Shown here piece after piece: positions 19,777 to 29,743 of a stretch of 64,000 nt of DNA; position 1 is the stretch's first letter; each line of letters opens with the position of its first letter. Origin of the DNA: Candidatus Micrarchaeia archaeon (GTDB lineage: Archaea > Micrarchaeota > Micrarchaeia > CABMEP01). Below the pieces are notes generated by a model that was not told where the DNA came from, ran no database searches, and saw only the letters and a list, made by a program, of their open reading frames with translations. Made by a program: the position numbers and the translations under genes. The DNA lies in assembly GCA_038881595.1 (NCBI GenBank), contig JAVZPM010000001.1, forward strand, positions 96,001 to 160,000. The letters are read 5' to 3'.

Positions 19777-22700
19777 ATGCAGGAGAAAGAGTATTTAAGA
19801 TTCTATAAGAATAGTGAAAAAATCAAAAGATTAGCTAGAATTACACTTGCTTCTCTTTTGCTAGTTGAACCCCTGATCCTTCCACTAAATACAAAAGAGA
19901 CAAATACAAAAGGATTTAAAAATCAGATGAATAATACTATAAAGGTGGAAAGGATGGGTGATAAAATGAGTGCACAGAAGACTATCAACTTAGAAAAAAA
20001 GAAAATCGAAGTAAAAAATGATATTGCCTTATTGTTAAAACGAAGCATATCTTATGCTACTATCGCTGAAAAAAGAATTAAAGATAAAGAATATGAAAAG
20101 GAATGGAAAAATTATTATGATACACTAAATAAAGAAACTAAACAACAGATTGATAATGTTATAAAAAACGCTTTACCGCAAGAAAAAATGGATCGACTTA
20201 GAAATAATATTGATATAATAATCCAAGATTTTGCTAATGCTCAAGGACTCCACCAAATTAATGATATGTTCTATAAATTAATAGGTGAATTAAACAAACA
20301 AAATCTTACATTAGAAGATACAATTGTATATTTAGCAATGGTGTATAAAGGAGACGAATATAAATCTCTAATAAAAGCTTTTCTTTCAAATTTAGAGATT
20401 CCAATCAGAGAGATATATGAAAACTTTAATAAGATAAATAATAACGAAAAAATTGATATAAAATCAAATATATTCGATCCGGCTACTAAGCAAATAATCA
20501 AAAATTTCCAGAAACGAACACAAGAAACTGGCAGTAGTTATATTGAAACACCTACTTCTATCAAAAAAGAAAAGAAAAAATCACTAGAAACTGAACCTAA
20601 TGGAACTCTTGATCTAAAAACAATTGAAACGATATTGCTTTCATCTGCAATTGAAAAAGAAAAACATTCGAATATCGATAGTTTTGAACTGTATCTAAAT
20701 GCTAATAGTCAAAGATGGGAAAATGAAACAACGGGACATTTTGATTCTGTAGCAGTAATTAGATATAAAGATGGAACCCAAGTAACTTACGGAATAAACT
20801 ACAATAAAACAGGTGATTACAGTTACTCAAAAGAATACTTTAGAGGTGAGTGGCCTAAGGATCCAAAAAAGAGAAAAGTGTTTGAAGCAGAAGCATCAGA
20901 TCTTATTGATACATTATTCGGCGGAAAAGGAGGAAGACCTTCTTATTATAGGTACTATTCTACAACTGAAAATTCGCTTCTTACACATAGTATAAATGCA
21001 AAAACTGGAGCATATTTTATTCTTTCCACTAAAACTGAAAATAGTATATCTTTAACATACGAAACAAATGGAGATCCTAATTTCTTTGCTACTTTAATAA
21101 AGAAGCAAATTATTGAGAGAAGACTTGATCCTACTTTATGGAGCGTATATCAAGGTCTCTTACAAACAGCGGAAATAGCTGAAAAGGCAGGTATACCTTC
21201 ATATTTAGGTAATATCAATAACTGTACTATAAAGATAACGACAAAAGGTAAATCAGAAGTAGAGAATTATAAAGGAGAGATTAACTGGAAAAAGGAGATT
21301 GGCTATCGAATTTCAAATCCGATAATAGAAGTAGATGAAAGTGGTAAACCTAATGTATATGTTTGGATGGATTTTGTTAAGAAAGGCAAAGACGATGCAA
21401 TTCAAGTTGTAAACAGTTACAAAATACCAACTAATACACCTACTCCATTGACAATCGAAAATGATAGATATAATATAGAAATAATAGTGCCGAAAGCTGA
21501 AATAGCGAAAGCTATTGATAAATTCATACAACAGACAACATTAATTAAGCTTAATTTTAGAGGGATGGAAATAGCAGTGGAACCATCAAAACCGATTGAA
21601 TTAAGAGATGAAAAAGGAAACAAATATGAAATATTCTTACAAATTAGTGACACAGGAATGCGTATTGGATCTCGAATTGAACTAAAAGCTAAACTTGACA
21701 TTGCTATGTCAGATTCAAAAGGAACACTGTTAGATAATAAAAGTGTAGAAATTAATATAGGTGAAGACACACAAATACCGGTTCAAAATCAAATGGTTCC
21801 AATCAAAGTTAGTTTGATACAAAATATAGCTTCGATGAGTTACATGAATTATATAGATTCAAAAATAGAAATGAAAACTATAAGATATGTTAATGAAAAT
21901 AATGAGGAAAAATACATTACAAACATCAATGGAGTTTCGCGTATTGGCGGATCAAAGGGTATAGCAACAATCACTTCAAGTATAAACTATTTAACAACAG
22001 AACCAATCCAATCAAGAGGAATTTTTAATTTGACGAAACAAGGAAATATTAATGAAATAACTGCAGATGATTATAAAGATCTTATGCTAAAGTGGGAAGA
22101 AAGAAACCGAAAGCAAGCTTTAGCAACTATGAGAGGTTGGCTTGGAGAAACTACAATGATTGGTGGAATGATTGATTATAGACGTGATGATGGAACTGGA
22201 GTTACTTTGTTTATAAACGATGGAAAACCACTAATAGACAATGGAATTGCAACTAATGAAAACCTACAATATATGCTTAATGTAATAACCAAAGGTTTTA
22301 GAGTAATAGACAAAATAAAAGTTACAGGCTTTAAAGCCGAAAGAAGGGAAGAACTCCAAAAGAAAACGGAGGAAGAAGAAAGAAGGGACTACTTAAGAAG
22401 AGAAAAAAGTATCGGCGTAATAGGATCAATTGACTATCATTTTGAGAAAATACTTAACTTATCTGGACTTTGGAATATTAATAAAAAGAGTATAGATGAA
22501 TGGGCATATGAAGTAGATACATATCTAAGTGGTAAGGGAGAAGAATTTAGATATCAAACAAAAGATCCAAATGGATCTGGATTAACTGTAAATAAAATCT
22601 ATTATAATCATGAAAGAATTTATGGGGAGAGCAAAGCTGGAGAAAAGATGGTTAAAGGTAGCGAATTTTCTACTGTTTTGACATATAATACCATCTATGC

Positions 22701-23475
22701 ATGGGGTGCTAAGATACAACCTGGGTTTGGAATCGAAAAAATGGAAAAAACTGAAACTACTAAATTCCGTGGAACTTTAGATTCAAAAAAATTTGATGAA
22801 TATTTAAAAACGAAAATGAATCCATATACAACTATATTTCTTGGTAATACTAAACTTGATTTCGGTTATAGTGAAACTAAAATAAAAGATAGTTATAAAT
22901 ATAGTAATAACCTTAATATCGAAACCAGTAATGTAAATAAAATATACGAGAATTTAGTACATATTGGGATGGAAATAATAAAAACAAAAATCTTTGGACT
23001 TTCAACAGATATAACTGGTTATTATGAAGGAAATAACAGAAATAGTAAATGGTTTACACCTCATCTGACAAGGGAAGAGGAAAGCCATAATAAAATATAT
23101 TTCTTCCAACCAACATTTGAATTAAAAAACAATTGGCTTTTAGGTATTGGATTTGGATATTCATTGCAAGATTGGGAAACAAAAGAAATTGAGAAATTAT
23201 TAAAGGGAGAAAGGGATTCCTATACTTTGCGTATAAACGCGACTGATAAAGATAGATTTACTGGATACTTCGAACTTATAAAGACAGACTATAAAGAAAC
23301 AGGTTACAATCCCTTATCAAGAAAATGGTCATCAGTAATCACCAAACTCTCAGCAGAAACAAAATTGAAAGAAAACGTTCGTATTTCTGGTAGTCTTTCA
23401 TTTAACCAATTCAATTACAATGGCAAAATCAACACTTATTGGAGTGCACATATCGGCTTAAAAGTAAGATATTAA
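19777..23475 (+). CDS. Large hypothetical protein with shared leader and beta-barrel-like C-terminal ~350 aa
   Basis: >1200-aa ORF ending VRISGSLSF...YWSAHIGLKVRY; start uncertain (19753 TTG, 19777 ATG or 19966 ATG). Confidence 0.8.
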   Translation: MQEKEYLRFYKNSEKIKRLARITLASLLLVEPLILPLNTKETNTKGFKNQMNNTIKVERMGDKMSAQKTINLEKKKIEVKNDIALLLKRSISYATIAEKRIKDKEYEKEWKNYYDTLNKETKQQIDNVIKNALPQEKMDRLRNNIDIIIQDFANAQGLHQINDMFYKLIGELNKQNLTLEDTIVYLAMVYKGDEYKSLIKAFLSNLEIPIREIYENFNKINNNEKIDIKSNIFDPATKQIIKNFQKRTQETGSSYIETPTSIKKEKKKSLETEPNGTLDLKTIETILLSSAIEKEKHSNIDSFELYLNANSQRWENETTGHFDSVAVIRYKDGTQVTYGINYNKTGDYSYSKEYFRGEWPKDPKKRKVFEAEASDLIDTLFGGKGGRPSYYRYYSTTENSLLTHSINAKTGAYFILSTKTENSISLTYETNGDPNFFATLIKKQIIERRLDPTLWSVYQGLLQTAEIAEKAGIPSYLGNINNCTIKITTKGKSEVENYKGEINWKKEIGYRISNPIIEVDESGKPNVYVWMDFVKKGKDDAIQVVNSYKIPTNTPTPLTIENDRYNIEIIVPKAEIAKAIDKFIQQTTLIKLNFRGMEIAVEPSKPIELRDEKGNKYEIFLQISDTGMRIGSRIELKAKLDIAMSDSKGTLLDNKSVEINIGEDTQIPVQNQMVPIKVSLIQNIASMSYMNYIDSKIEMKTIRYVNENNEEKYITNINGVSRIGGSKGIATITSSINYLTTEPIQSRGIFNLTKQGNINEITADDYKDLMLKWEERNRKQALATMRGWLGETTMIGGMIDYRRDDGTGVTLFINDGKPLIDNGIATNENLQYMLNVITKGFRVIDKIKVTGFKAERREELQKKTEEEERRDYLRREKSIGVIGSIDYHFEKILNLSGLWNINKKSIDEWAYEVDTYLSGKGEEFRYQTKDPNGSGLTVNKIYYNHERIYGESKAGEKMVKGSEFSTVLTYNTIYAWGAKIQPGFGIEKMEKTETTKFRGTLDSKKFDEYLKTKMNPYTTIFLGNTKLDFGYSETKIKDSYKYSNNLNIETSNVNKIYENLVHIGMEIIKTKIFGLSTDITGYYEGNNRNSKWFTPHLTREEESHNKIYFFQPTFELKNNWLLGIGFGYSLQDWETKEIEKLLKGERDSYTLRINATDKDRFTGYFELIKTDYKETGYNPLSRKWSSVITKLSAETKLKENVRISGSLSFNQFNYNGKINTYWSAHIGLKVRY

Positions 23476-24056
23476 TAAAAAAAGACATATAAGAACAGAT
23501 ATAGCTTCTAAATAAAGTATGGTAAGGAAGAAATTCTTTATTGCTTTTAGGTGATTTAAAAGCATTGAATGTTTTTCTATTCGATCTCTGTGAATTTTTA
23601 GTTACTAGATATATGTATTAAAATTTCTCTGAAAGGCAGTGATTAGAATTTATCAAATGAAAGATACATCTTTTTAAGTAGACTAACAAGAGTATCCTTA
23701 TCTGTATTCAGATTGTCTTCGCTAATTAATGCAAATGGTGAACCTATAAATTTGATATGCATGGATCTCCTTTTTGAAAAGCGATCATATCTCATAAATG
23801 AAAAAATAAATTTAAGAAGCAATTACAGTATAGTAATCTTTAATTTACTATCTCTTTCAGAAATTTTTTTATTCAATTCGTTCGCTATCCATATTGCATC
23901 ATCCTTTTTTATTTCACCAGCAGAAACAGACATACGGAGACCGCTCTGGATCATTGCCACCGTTTGGGTTAAATTTTTGCTATTGTTTATTTCAGTCAAA
24001 AGATTATTTAAAATATCTTCTTTAGTTTCTTTTGTAGTTGAAACTTTTTTCCTTGT

Positions 24057-25361
24057 TTAGATATTTCTGTTGGTTTTTTGCATTCCGGCTGGAGGTTGCG
24101 TTGATGAAGAGTCTGACTTTTCGTCACTCACAAGTTCTAATTTAACTCGATATTTAGTAGTACCTGGCACTAAATTAGGATAATCTTCAGCGTACTTATA
24201 CGTACGCCCTGTTCTCCTATTAATTTCCTTTAGAAGAGTATCTTTGATTTCAAGAAAGTTTTTATAACTATATTCTACTTCTCGCCCTTCTAATAATTTT
24301 TGAATCTTGTATTTGCCATCTGTATCTACTTTATTGAAGTTTATTCCATTAATTATTAACTCCTCAGAAAATATATTCTGTGTCTCCTGTTTTTCTTCTT
24401 TTACTTGAGTAAATTGAAGACGAGTAATAATATACTTTCCATTCTCATATTTAACTTCATAACTTCCTCCTTCACCAGTGAATTTATATTTATTATTACT
24501 GACCTTTTCTTCTTTTACATTCTTTCCTGCCCAATATTTAGCAATTTCCTTTAAGTTATCCATCATAACTGAATTTTCTTTCATAGTGAATGAAAGAGAT
24601 TTACCTTCGCCGAGACCTTCCTCCAGCTCTTTAAGCTTAGATTGTGTAGCTGGAATCTCACCAAGTTTAGTTGGTTTGCCTCCAATTTCAACTTGAATGT
24701 TTTTAATTTGATTCAATGCTTTTTGCAATGCGCCATCTGACTGTTGTTCAATTACTTCTTTCTTAACTTCTTCTTTATATTGATTATCTAAAGATGTAGT
24801 AACTTTTGATTTTTCATAACCGGATTTTAATTTTTCTAATTCACTTTGAGCATTGTCAACTTTTTTTTGTAAACTACTAATATCTAAAACTACATATTGA
24901 AGACCATCGTCTTTCTTTTTAATATTAGGTTCTTTTGATGTTTCCTTCCCTGTACTTAACTCAAATGCAACACTGCCACCATTCATAAAATTAATGAAAT
25001 TTTTGACATCTGAAGCAGGGTCTCTATTTGTATATTTATACCACTTTTGAATTTGTCCATCATCACTTGAAATAATTGAAAATGTAAGTTTATATCCTAG
25101 CTTATCCAGTCCCTTCTCAAGACTTTCTAATTCAGATGCGGTAAAGATACCAGTAAATTTAATCTCTCCTTTGTTTGATTTGAAGAACTCACGTACAGAA
25201 TTAGTAAAATCTTTGTTATTCACATAACTCATTTGCTGAATTAGTTTTTCTAATGCATTCCTTTCATCCTTTTCTAAATTTTTCAATTTGGTCTCATCAA
25301 ACAATCCTTTTGCTGTCAGTTCTTCTGGTTTTTTCATTGCAAGTTCAAATAAAATCAACAT
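24057..25361 (-). CDS. Hypothetical protein (possibly C-terminally truncated)
   Basis: 434-aa ORF with GAGGTGA RBS; the same frame stays open for 77 codons after the stop. Confidence 0.75.
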   Translation of the reverse strand: MLILFELAMKKPEELTAKGLFDETKLKNLEKDERNALEKLIQQMSYVNNKDFTNSVREFFKSNKGEIKFTGIFTASELESLEKGLDKLGYKLTFSIISSDDGQIQKWYKYTNRDPASDVKNFINFMNGGSVAFELSTGKETSKEPNIKKKDDGLQYVVLDISSLQKKVDNAQSELEKLKSGYEKSKVTTSLDNQYKEEVKKEVIEQQSDGALQKALNQIKNIQVEIGGKPTKLGEIPATQSKLKELEEGLGEGKSLSFTMKENSVMMDNLKEIAKYWAGKNVKEEKVSNNKYKFTGEGGSYEVKYENGKYIITRLQFTQVKEEKQETQNIFSEELIINGINFNKVDTDGKYKIQKLLEGREVEYSYKNFLEIKDTLLKEINRRTGRTYKYAEDYPNLVPGTTKYRVKLELVSDEKSDSSSTQPPAGMQKTNRNI

Positions 25362-25367
25362 GATATA

Positions 25368-26756
25368 TCACCTCTCCGCGTAAAATTTAGAAATGTCAAT
25401 ATTTATCATAATAGGTGTAAGTTGTGCAATTTTAATTGCATGATCTAAGTTTTTAATTTCATCTTCTGAAATTTCAAGATCTCTTTTACTAAGTAAAGTT
25501 GACAAACTATTTTGTATTTCTTCCTTCAACTGCTTTGTATCTTTTCCTTTTGTGTAATATCTTTGAGGATATATAACAACCTGTAATTTATCATCTCTTT
25601 CCACTATATAATATCTTTTATCATCTATATAAATCTGTTTATTTGATATTTCGTTATTTATAAATTTAGATTCTCCAAATTCTGGTGGCTTCCATACTAT
25701 TTGAGGCATTTCTTTTGAATCCCAATCGAAGTTTATGGAATCGAAAGGAACATAATATCCATTTTCATCAAGCCACACCTGATTATTATATTGGTCAAGA
25801 GAAAGGGTTGCCCATTCTCCATTTCTCATTCTTAACCTAGTTCCTATTTCTAATGGCTCAAGATTAAGTTCTCCGTTATGCAATAAGACTCCAACATCTT
25901 TCTTTCTTATCTCTTCGTCTGTTCCAGTTATGTATTTATTCCCTTTCTTAATTGCATAGAATGAACCCTCTCCAACAAAAAGGCAGCCTGCTGTAGTCTG
26001 ATTGTAAAGATCATCTAATATTCCTGCTTCGCTTCCTAATGGTGCTTCTCCAATAAAACCTGGATAAATAAAAGAACGGAAGTGAAGCTTTTCTGTACCT
26101 TTAAATGATATTTTGGCTGATCCCATAAGATTAAATATACTCCAAGGATAAGGTGAATTTGGAGAAGAAAAGGAATTAGGATATTGTTCTCTAATTTCTG
26201 AAAAACCTTTTCTCCCAGCAGGTATAACCCATCCTCCTTTTTCTAATTGTCCTAATTGAAAAGTACCGGTCCTTAATGGAATTGAAATAGACGCTCCTGA
26301 AAGAATGGTCACATCTTCTATCTCTCCATCTTTTACTTTTACTAATATTCCCATGTTAGGATTTGCATAAAGCTCGTATCCCTTTCCAGTAAGATTTTTT
26401 CTTTTTATTGCATCATCAATAAAACCTTGAATGATGTCTTTAGATGGTAAAAAATAGTTTATCTCTCTTGCATAACTTTTCCCAATATAAAGTATTGACT
26501 TATTACTTTCCTCTCCCAATCTGAAGACAATCTGATAACCATTTTCCCTAATAAAATCATAAACTTCATTTATCAGTTTTTTCTTAAAGTTATCATTTTT
26601 TATATTCAATTCAATCTTAAAAAAAGACCCTTTTGCATCCTCTAAATCTTTTATAGAGAATTCTGTCACTTTTCTTTCTGCTATTTCTTTTATTTTTCCT
26701 AATATTTTATTTATTTCCTCTCTTTCATTTTGAATTTCTTTTAACATAGGCGGCAT
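25368..26756 (-). CDS. Hypothetical protein
   Basis: 462-aa ORF with AGTGAT RBS; no recognised motif. Confidence 0.75.
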   Translation of the reverse strand: MPPMLKEIQNEREEINKILGKIKEIAERKVTEFSIKDLEDAKGSFFKIELNIKNDNFKKKLINEVYDFIRENGYQIVFRLGEESNKSILYIGKSYAREINYFLPSKDIIQGFIDDAIKRKNLTGKGYELYANPNMGILVKVKDGEIEDVTILSGASISIPLRTGTFQLGQLEKGGWVIPAGRKGFSEIREQYPNSFSSPNSPYPWSIFNLMGSAKISFKGTEKLHFRSFIYPGFIGEAPLGSEAGILDDLYNQTTAGCLFVGEGSFYAIKKGNKYITGTDEEIRKKDVGVLLHNGELNLEPLEIGTRLRMRNGEWATLSLDQYNNQVWLDENGYYVPFDSINFDWDSKEMPQIVWKPPEFGESKFINNEISNKQIYIDDKRYYIVERDDKLQVVIYPQRYYTKGKDTKQLKEEIQNSLSTLLSKRDLEISEDEIKNLDHAIKIAQLTPIMINIDISKFYAER

Positions 26757-26811
26757 ATAATATCACTTGTCTTAATCGTTATATTAACTAACGTTTTTTG
26801 GATTTAAATTT

Positions 26812-28107
26812 CTATTCTTTTTGATAAGTAATATATCTTTCTCCATTACTACAAACTGCAATATATGCTTCATCAAATGGTATTGAAGTATAATAGGCAT
26901 AATTTGATATTTCTGGCTTTTGAACATAATACTTATATTTGCATCCGGTTCTTTCGAAAGACGCCTGTGTCCCATCGTCTATAAAGATTGGGACGTGTAT
27001 GTTTCTTTCAACACCGAAATTAGTATTAACTTCATCTTCAATTTTTCCAGTTCCTGCTACCTCCACCGGCACCCACTCTCCATCGTAAAATTCAACCCAC
27101 ATATGCCTTACAAACCTAGTCTCATTTTCTTTGGCTAAAAATCCCTCTACATATCTCGAAGGAATACCTGCTGATCTAAGAAGAGAGATATAAAGATAGC
27201 TTAGTTCATCACAGTCACCTTTTCTTGATTTCATCATCTCAGCTGGAGACTGGACGTATTCATCTACTCCGCCTTGATTGAAATAGGAAGTGTTGTTTTT
27301 AAGCCAAATGAATAATTCCCTTGCCATATCCCAAACATTATCGCTGTTTACTCTTTTCTTAATGTCTGTGACAATCATCTTAATTTCTTCATTATTTGGA
27401 TCAATCATTTTCTTTGTCTTTCCTGTTGAAACATCGGTCGTTGTCCTTTCTCCAAGATAATTTTGCATTAAAGATGAAGCTTCCTGTATGGTTGTCTCCT
27501 TTCTTTCGAATATCTTTATGCTATTAGTTCCATTAAGCGCAATTAAAAAATAGAACTTGATTGAATTATATTTCTGATTAATATTATCGATTGAAAGCCG
27601 TACCATTCTATTCTGACCAATATGATAAATATCTTTTTTTGTTCCATCAAAAGAAATATTTAATAATGAATTTTCAGGATAAGGTAAATCACAAGTTAAT
27701 TCTGTACGATACAAAGTTCCATTATAGCCATATATAACTAAATAATCTCTTTTTGTTGGAAATTCATAATATAAGCAGTCTTTAACTAATGTAAAATTCC
27801 AATCATAGCTTCCAGGATAAAAAATAAATGAAAGATTATAATCCTTATATCCTTCTTTAGTTATTCTTATTTTATAGCTTCCTTGTGTAAGATTTGAAAA
27901 TTTATAAAAACCATTTTCATCGCTGTATGTGAAGTATGTTTTATTAGAAATCATCTCTATCTTTGCATTTGGAATCGCGTCTCCATTAACTGATTTGATT
28001 ACACCATTCAAACTAAAAGTAGTCGGCTCTGAAATTATTTCCTCGATTCCAATGCATCCGAAAATTAAAAAAGATGAAATTAAAACTAAAATCACTAGAT
28101 GTTTCAT
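26812..28107 (-). CDS. Lipoprotein with carboxypeptidase-regulatory-like Ig domain and transglutaminase-like domain
   Basis: LIFGC lipobox, TYSDENGFY, GDCDE...LLRSAGIPSRYVEG...HMWVE. Start moved to 28107 because the longer ORF overlaps tRNA-Thr. Confidence 0.85.
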   Translation of the reverse strand: MKHLVILVLISSFLIFGCIGIEEIISEPTTFSLNGVIKSVNGDAIPNAKIEMISNKTYFTYSDENGFYKFSNLTQGSYKIRITKEGYKDYNLSFIFYPGSYDWNFTLVKDCLYYEFPTKRDYLVIYGYNGTLYRTELTCDLPYPENSLLNISFDGTKKDIYHIGQNRMVRLSIDNINQKYNSIKFYFLIALNGTNSIKIFERKETTIQEASSLMQNYLGERTTTDVSTGKTKKMIDPNNEEIKMIVTDIKKRVNSDNVWDMARELFIWLKNNTSYFNQGGVDEYVQSPAEMMKSRKGDCDELSYLYISLLRSAGIPSRYVEGFLAKENETRFVRHMWVEFYDGEWVPVEVAGTGKIEDEVNTNFGVERNIHVPIFIDDGTQASFERTGCKYKYYVQKPEISNYAYYTSIPFDEAYIAVCSNGERYITYQKE

Positions 28108-28160
28108 ATCTAATAATTTATTGATATCCTTTATAAACATAATCTGGAAATAATATTTAA

Positions 28161-28259
28161 GCCCGAGTAGCTCAGTGGTAGAGCGCCTGAGAAACTTATA
28201 ATAAAGTTTCGGCGAATCTCGTAAACAGGAGGTCAAGGGTTCAAATCCCTTCTCGGGCT
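28161..28259 (+). tRNA. tRNA-Thr(CGU) with a 27-nt intron at 30/31 (28190..28216)
   Basis: Acceptor GCCCGAG/CTCGGGC; T arm AAGGG-TTCAAAT-CCCTT; spliced anticodon arm CCTGT-CTCGTAA-ACAGG; strict BHB motif. Confidence 0.92.
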
Positions 28260-28303
28260 TAGAATTAAAATACTTAAACTGCTAATATAAAAGAGGGATT
28301 ATA

Positions 28304-28600
28304 ATGGAAAGAGTTTATAAAGTAGAAAAAAGCAAGAAGAAAGAGTTGGATGCATTAATGGCAAAAGATCCTTATGCGCCTATATCATTTGGCAGAATAG
28401 CTCCTTTGCTCAAAGAGAAGGATGATCTTATATTTATTTATGTAAAGTCAGAAGAAGAACCTGTATTCAAATTTGTTGAGGAACAATTAAAAACCATAAA
28501 TGGAGAGAGAGCAAGCGAAAAGGAAGAAGCTGAAATAATAGAAATTATACATAAAGAAGAGGAATCAGCAGCGGGCGGATTTGGAGCAATATTTGAATAA
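28304..28600 (+). CDS. Small hypothetical protein
   Basis: 98 aa, GAGGG RBS, ends AAGGFGAIFE. Confidence 0.75.
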   Translation: MERVYKVEKSKKKELDALMAKDPYAPISFGRIAPLLKEKDDLIFIYVKSEEEPVFKFVEEQLKTINGERASEKEEAEIIEIIHKEEESAAGGFGAIFE

Positions 28601-28695
28601 TATATTAATGAGATGATGAATCTTATGAGTATTGAGGACATACGTCCAATGAAATAGGTCTTGAGTTCTGATCTTTAAATTTAAAAGGTAATCAA

Positions 28696-29226
28696 ATGGT
28701 AACCTTAAGAGAGCTGTTAGGTAGAAGAATTAAAAAAGAATTGGAAATAAAAGAAAACCAAAGTGTTTCTTTTGCAGAAGCAATAACTCCTGCATTTATT
28801 GGCGGTTTAATAATAGGAATAATTCTTGGAATACCTGGATTAAATATATTATTTCCCCTTGCAGCAATTGGAGGTTATTATGCAGTTGCTTTAGTAAGAG
28901 ATTATTATGAAAAATACATTACAATACAAGATGCAATGAAAGTTGGGGTTATTACTGGCTTCATAGGTGCATTCCTTGGAACTGCTTTAATCATTGTCAT
29001 AGCAGTTCTATATGGTGATTCTATCTCACTTTTCTTCAGGAATATATTTGATTTTGAAACAACAACCATTCTTCTTACTCTTTCAGGGATAGACCCATTT
29101 CTTACCCTTGCTACCTTAAAGATGAGGTTTCTTGCTAATCTTGCAATAGGAATAGGCATGGGGGGAATTGGCGGAGCTTATTTCATTAAAAGACATATAG
29201 AGAGTAAACCCAGGAAGAAAGAATAA
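28696..29226 (+). CDS. Gly-rich membrane protein (DUF5518-like)
   Basis: About 4 TM helices with GGxxA and GxxxG motifs. Confidence 0.7.
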   Translation: MVTLRELLGRRIKKELEIKENQSVSFAEAITPAFIGGLIIGIILGIPGLNILFPLAAIGGYYAVALVRDYYEKYITIQDAMKVGVITGFIGAFLGTALIIVIAVLYGDSISLFFRNIFDFETTTILLTLSGIDPFLTLATLKMRFLANLAIGIGMGGIGGAYFIKRHIESKPRKKE

Positions 29227-29291
29227 GATTTATAATCTCTTTCCGTATAATATTAAAATAAGCAAATTCAGAGATTTGCTGTTTTTTATAG

Positions 29292-29525
<234 letters not shown>

Positions 29526-29646
29526 CCTCTTTTACTTAATTTAATTACTCATTTTAATTTATCATGCAAGAATGGCTAGATTTAGATCTAGCTGTTCTAC
29601 TGTCAAGTTTTTTAATCTTATTTTGTTAATTTATTTATATATTAAA

Positions 29647-29718
29647 GGGCCTGTAGCTCAATGGTAGAGCGCATCCATGGCATGGATGAGGCTGCGCGTT
29701 CGAGTCGCGCCAGGTCCA
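29647..29718 (+). tRNA. tRNA-Ala(GGC)
   Basis: Cloverleaf with G3:U70; anticodon arm CATCC-ATGGCAT-GGATG; A73. Confidence 0.95.
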
Positions 29719-29743
29719 TAAAATCAGAAACGGAGGCGACTGA

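Noticed and set aside
23644..23763. 39-aa minus-strand ORF after AGGAG (MHIKFIGSPFALISEDNLNTDKDTLVSLLKK...) with faint resemblance to the Pop5 N-terminus
   Set aside because: Too short and the similarity could be chance; possibly a decayed gene remnant but not supportable.
23713..24060. 115-aa plus-strand ORF
   Set aside because: Antisense to the more protein-like minus-strand continuation; no RBS or motif.
28108..28236. N-terminal extension of the 474-aa ORF
   Set aside because: It overlaps tRNA-Thr on the opposite strand; the signal peptide begins at MKHLVIL (28107).
29526..29646. Expected rpl37e downstream of the Sm gene; small hairpin GCTAGAT-TTAG-ATCTAGC
   Set aside because: No zinc-finger ORF is present, and the hairpin alone is not enough to call an RNA or terminator.
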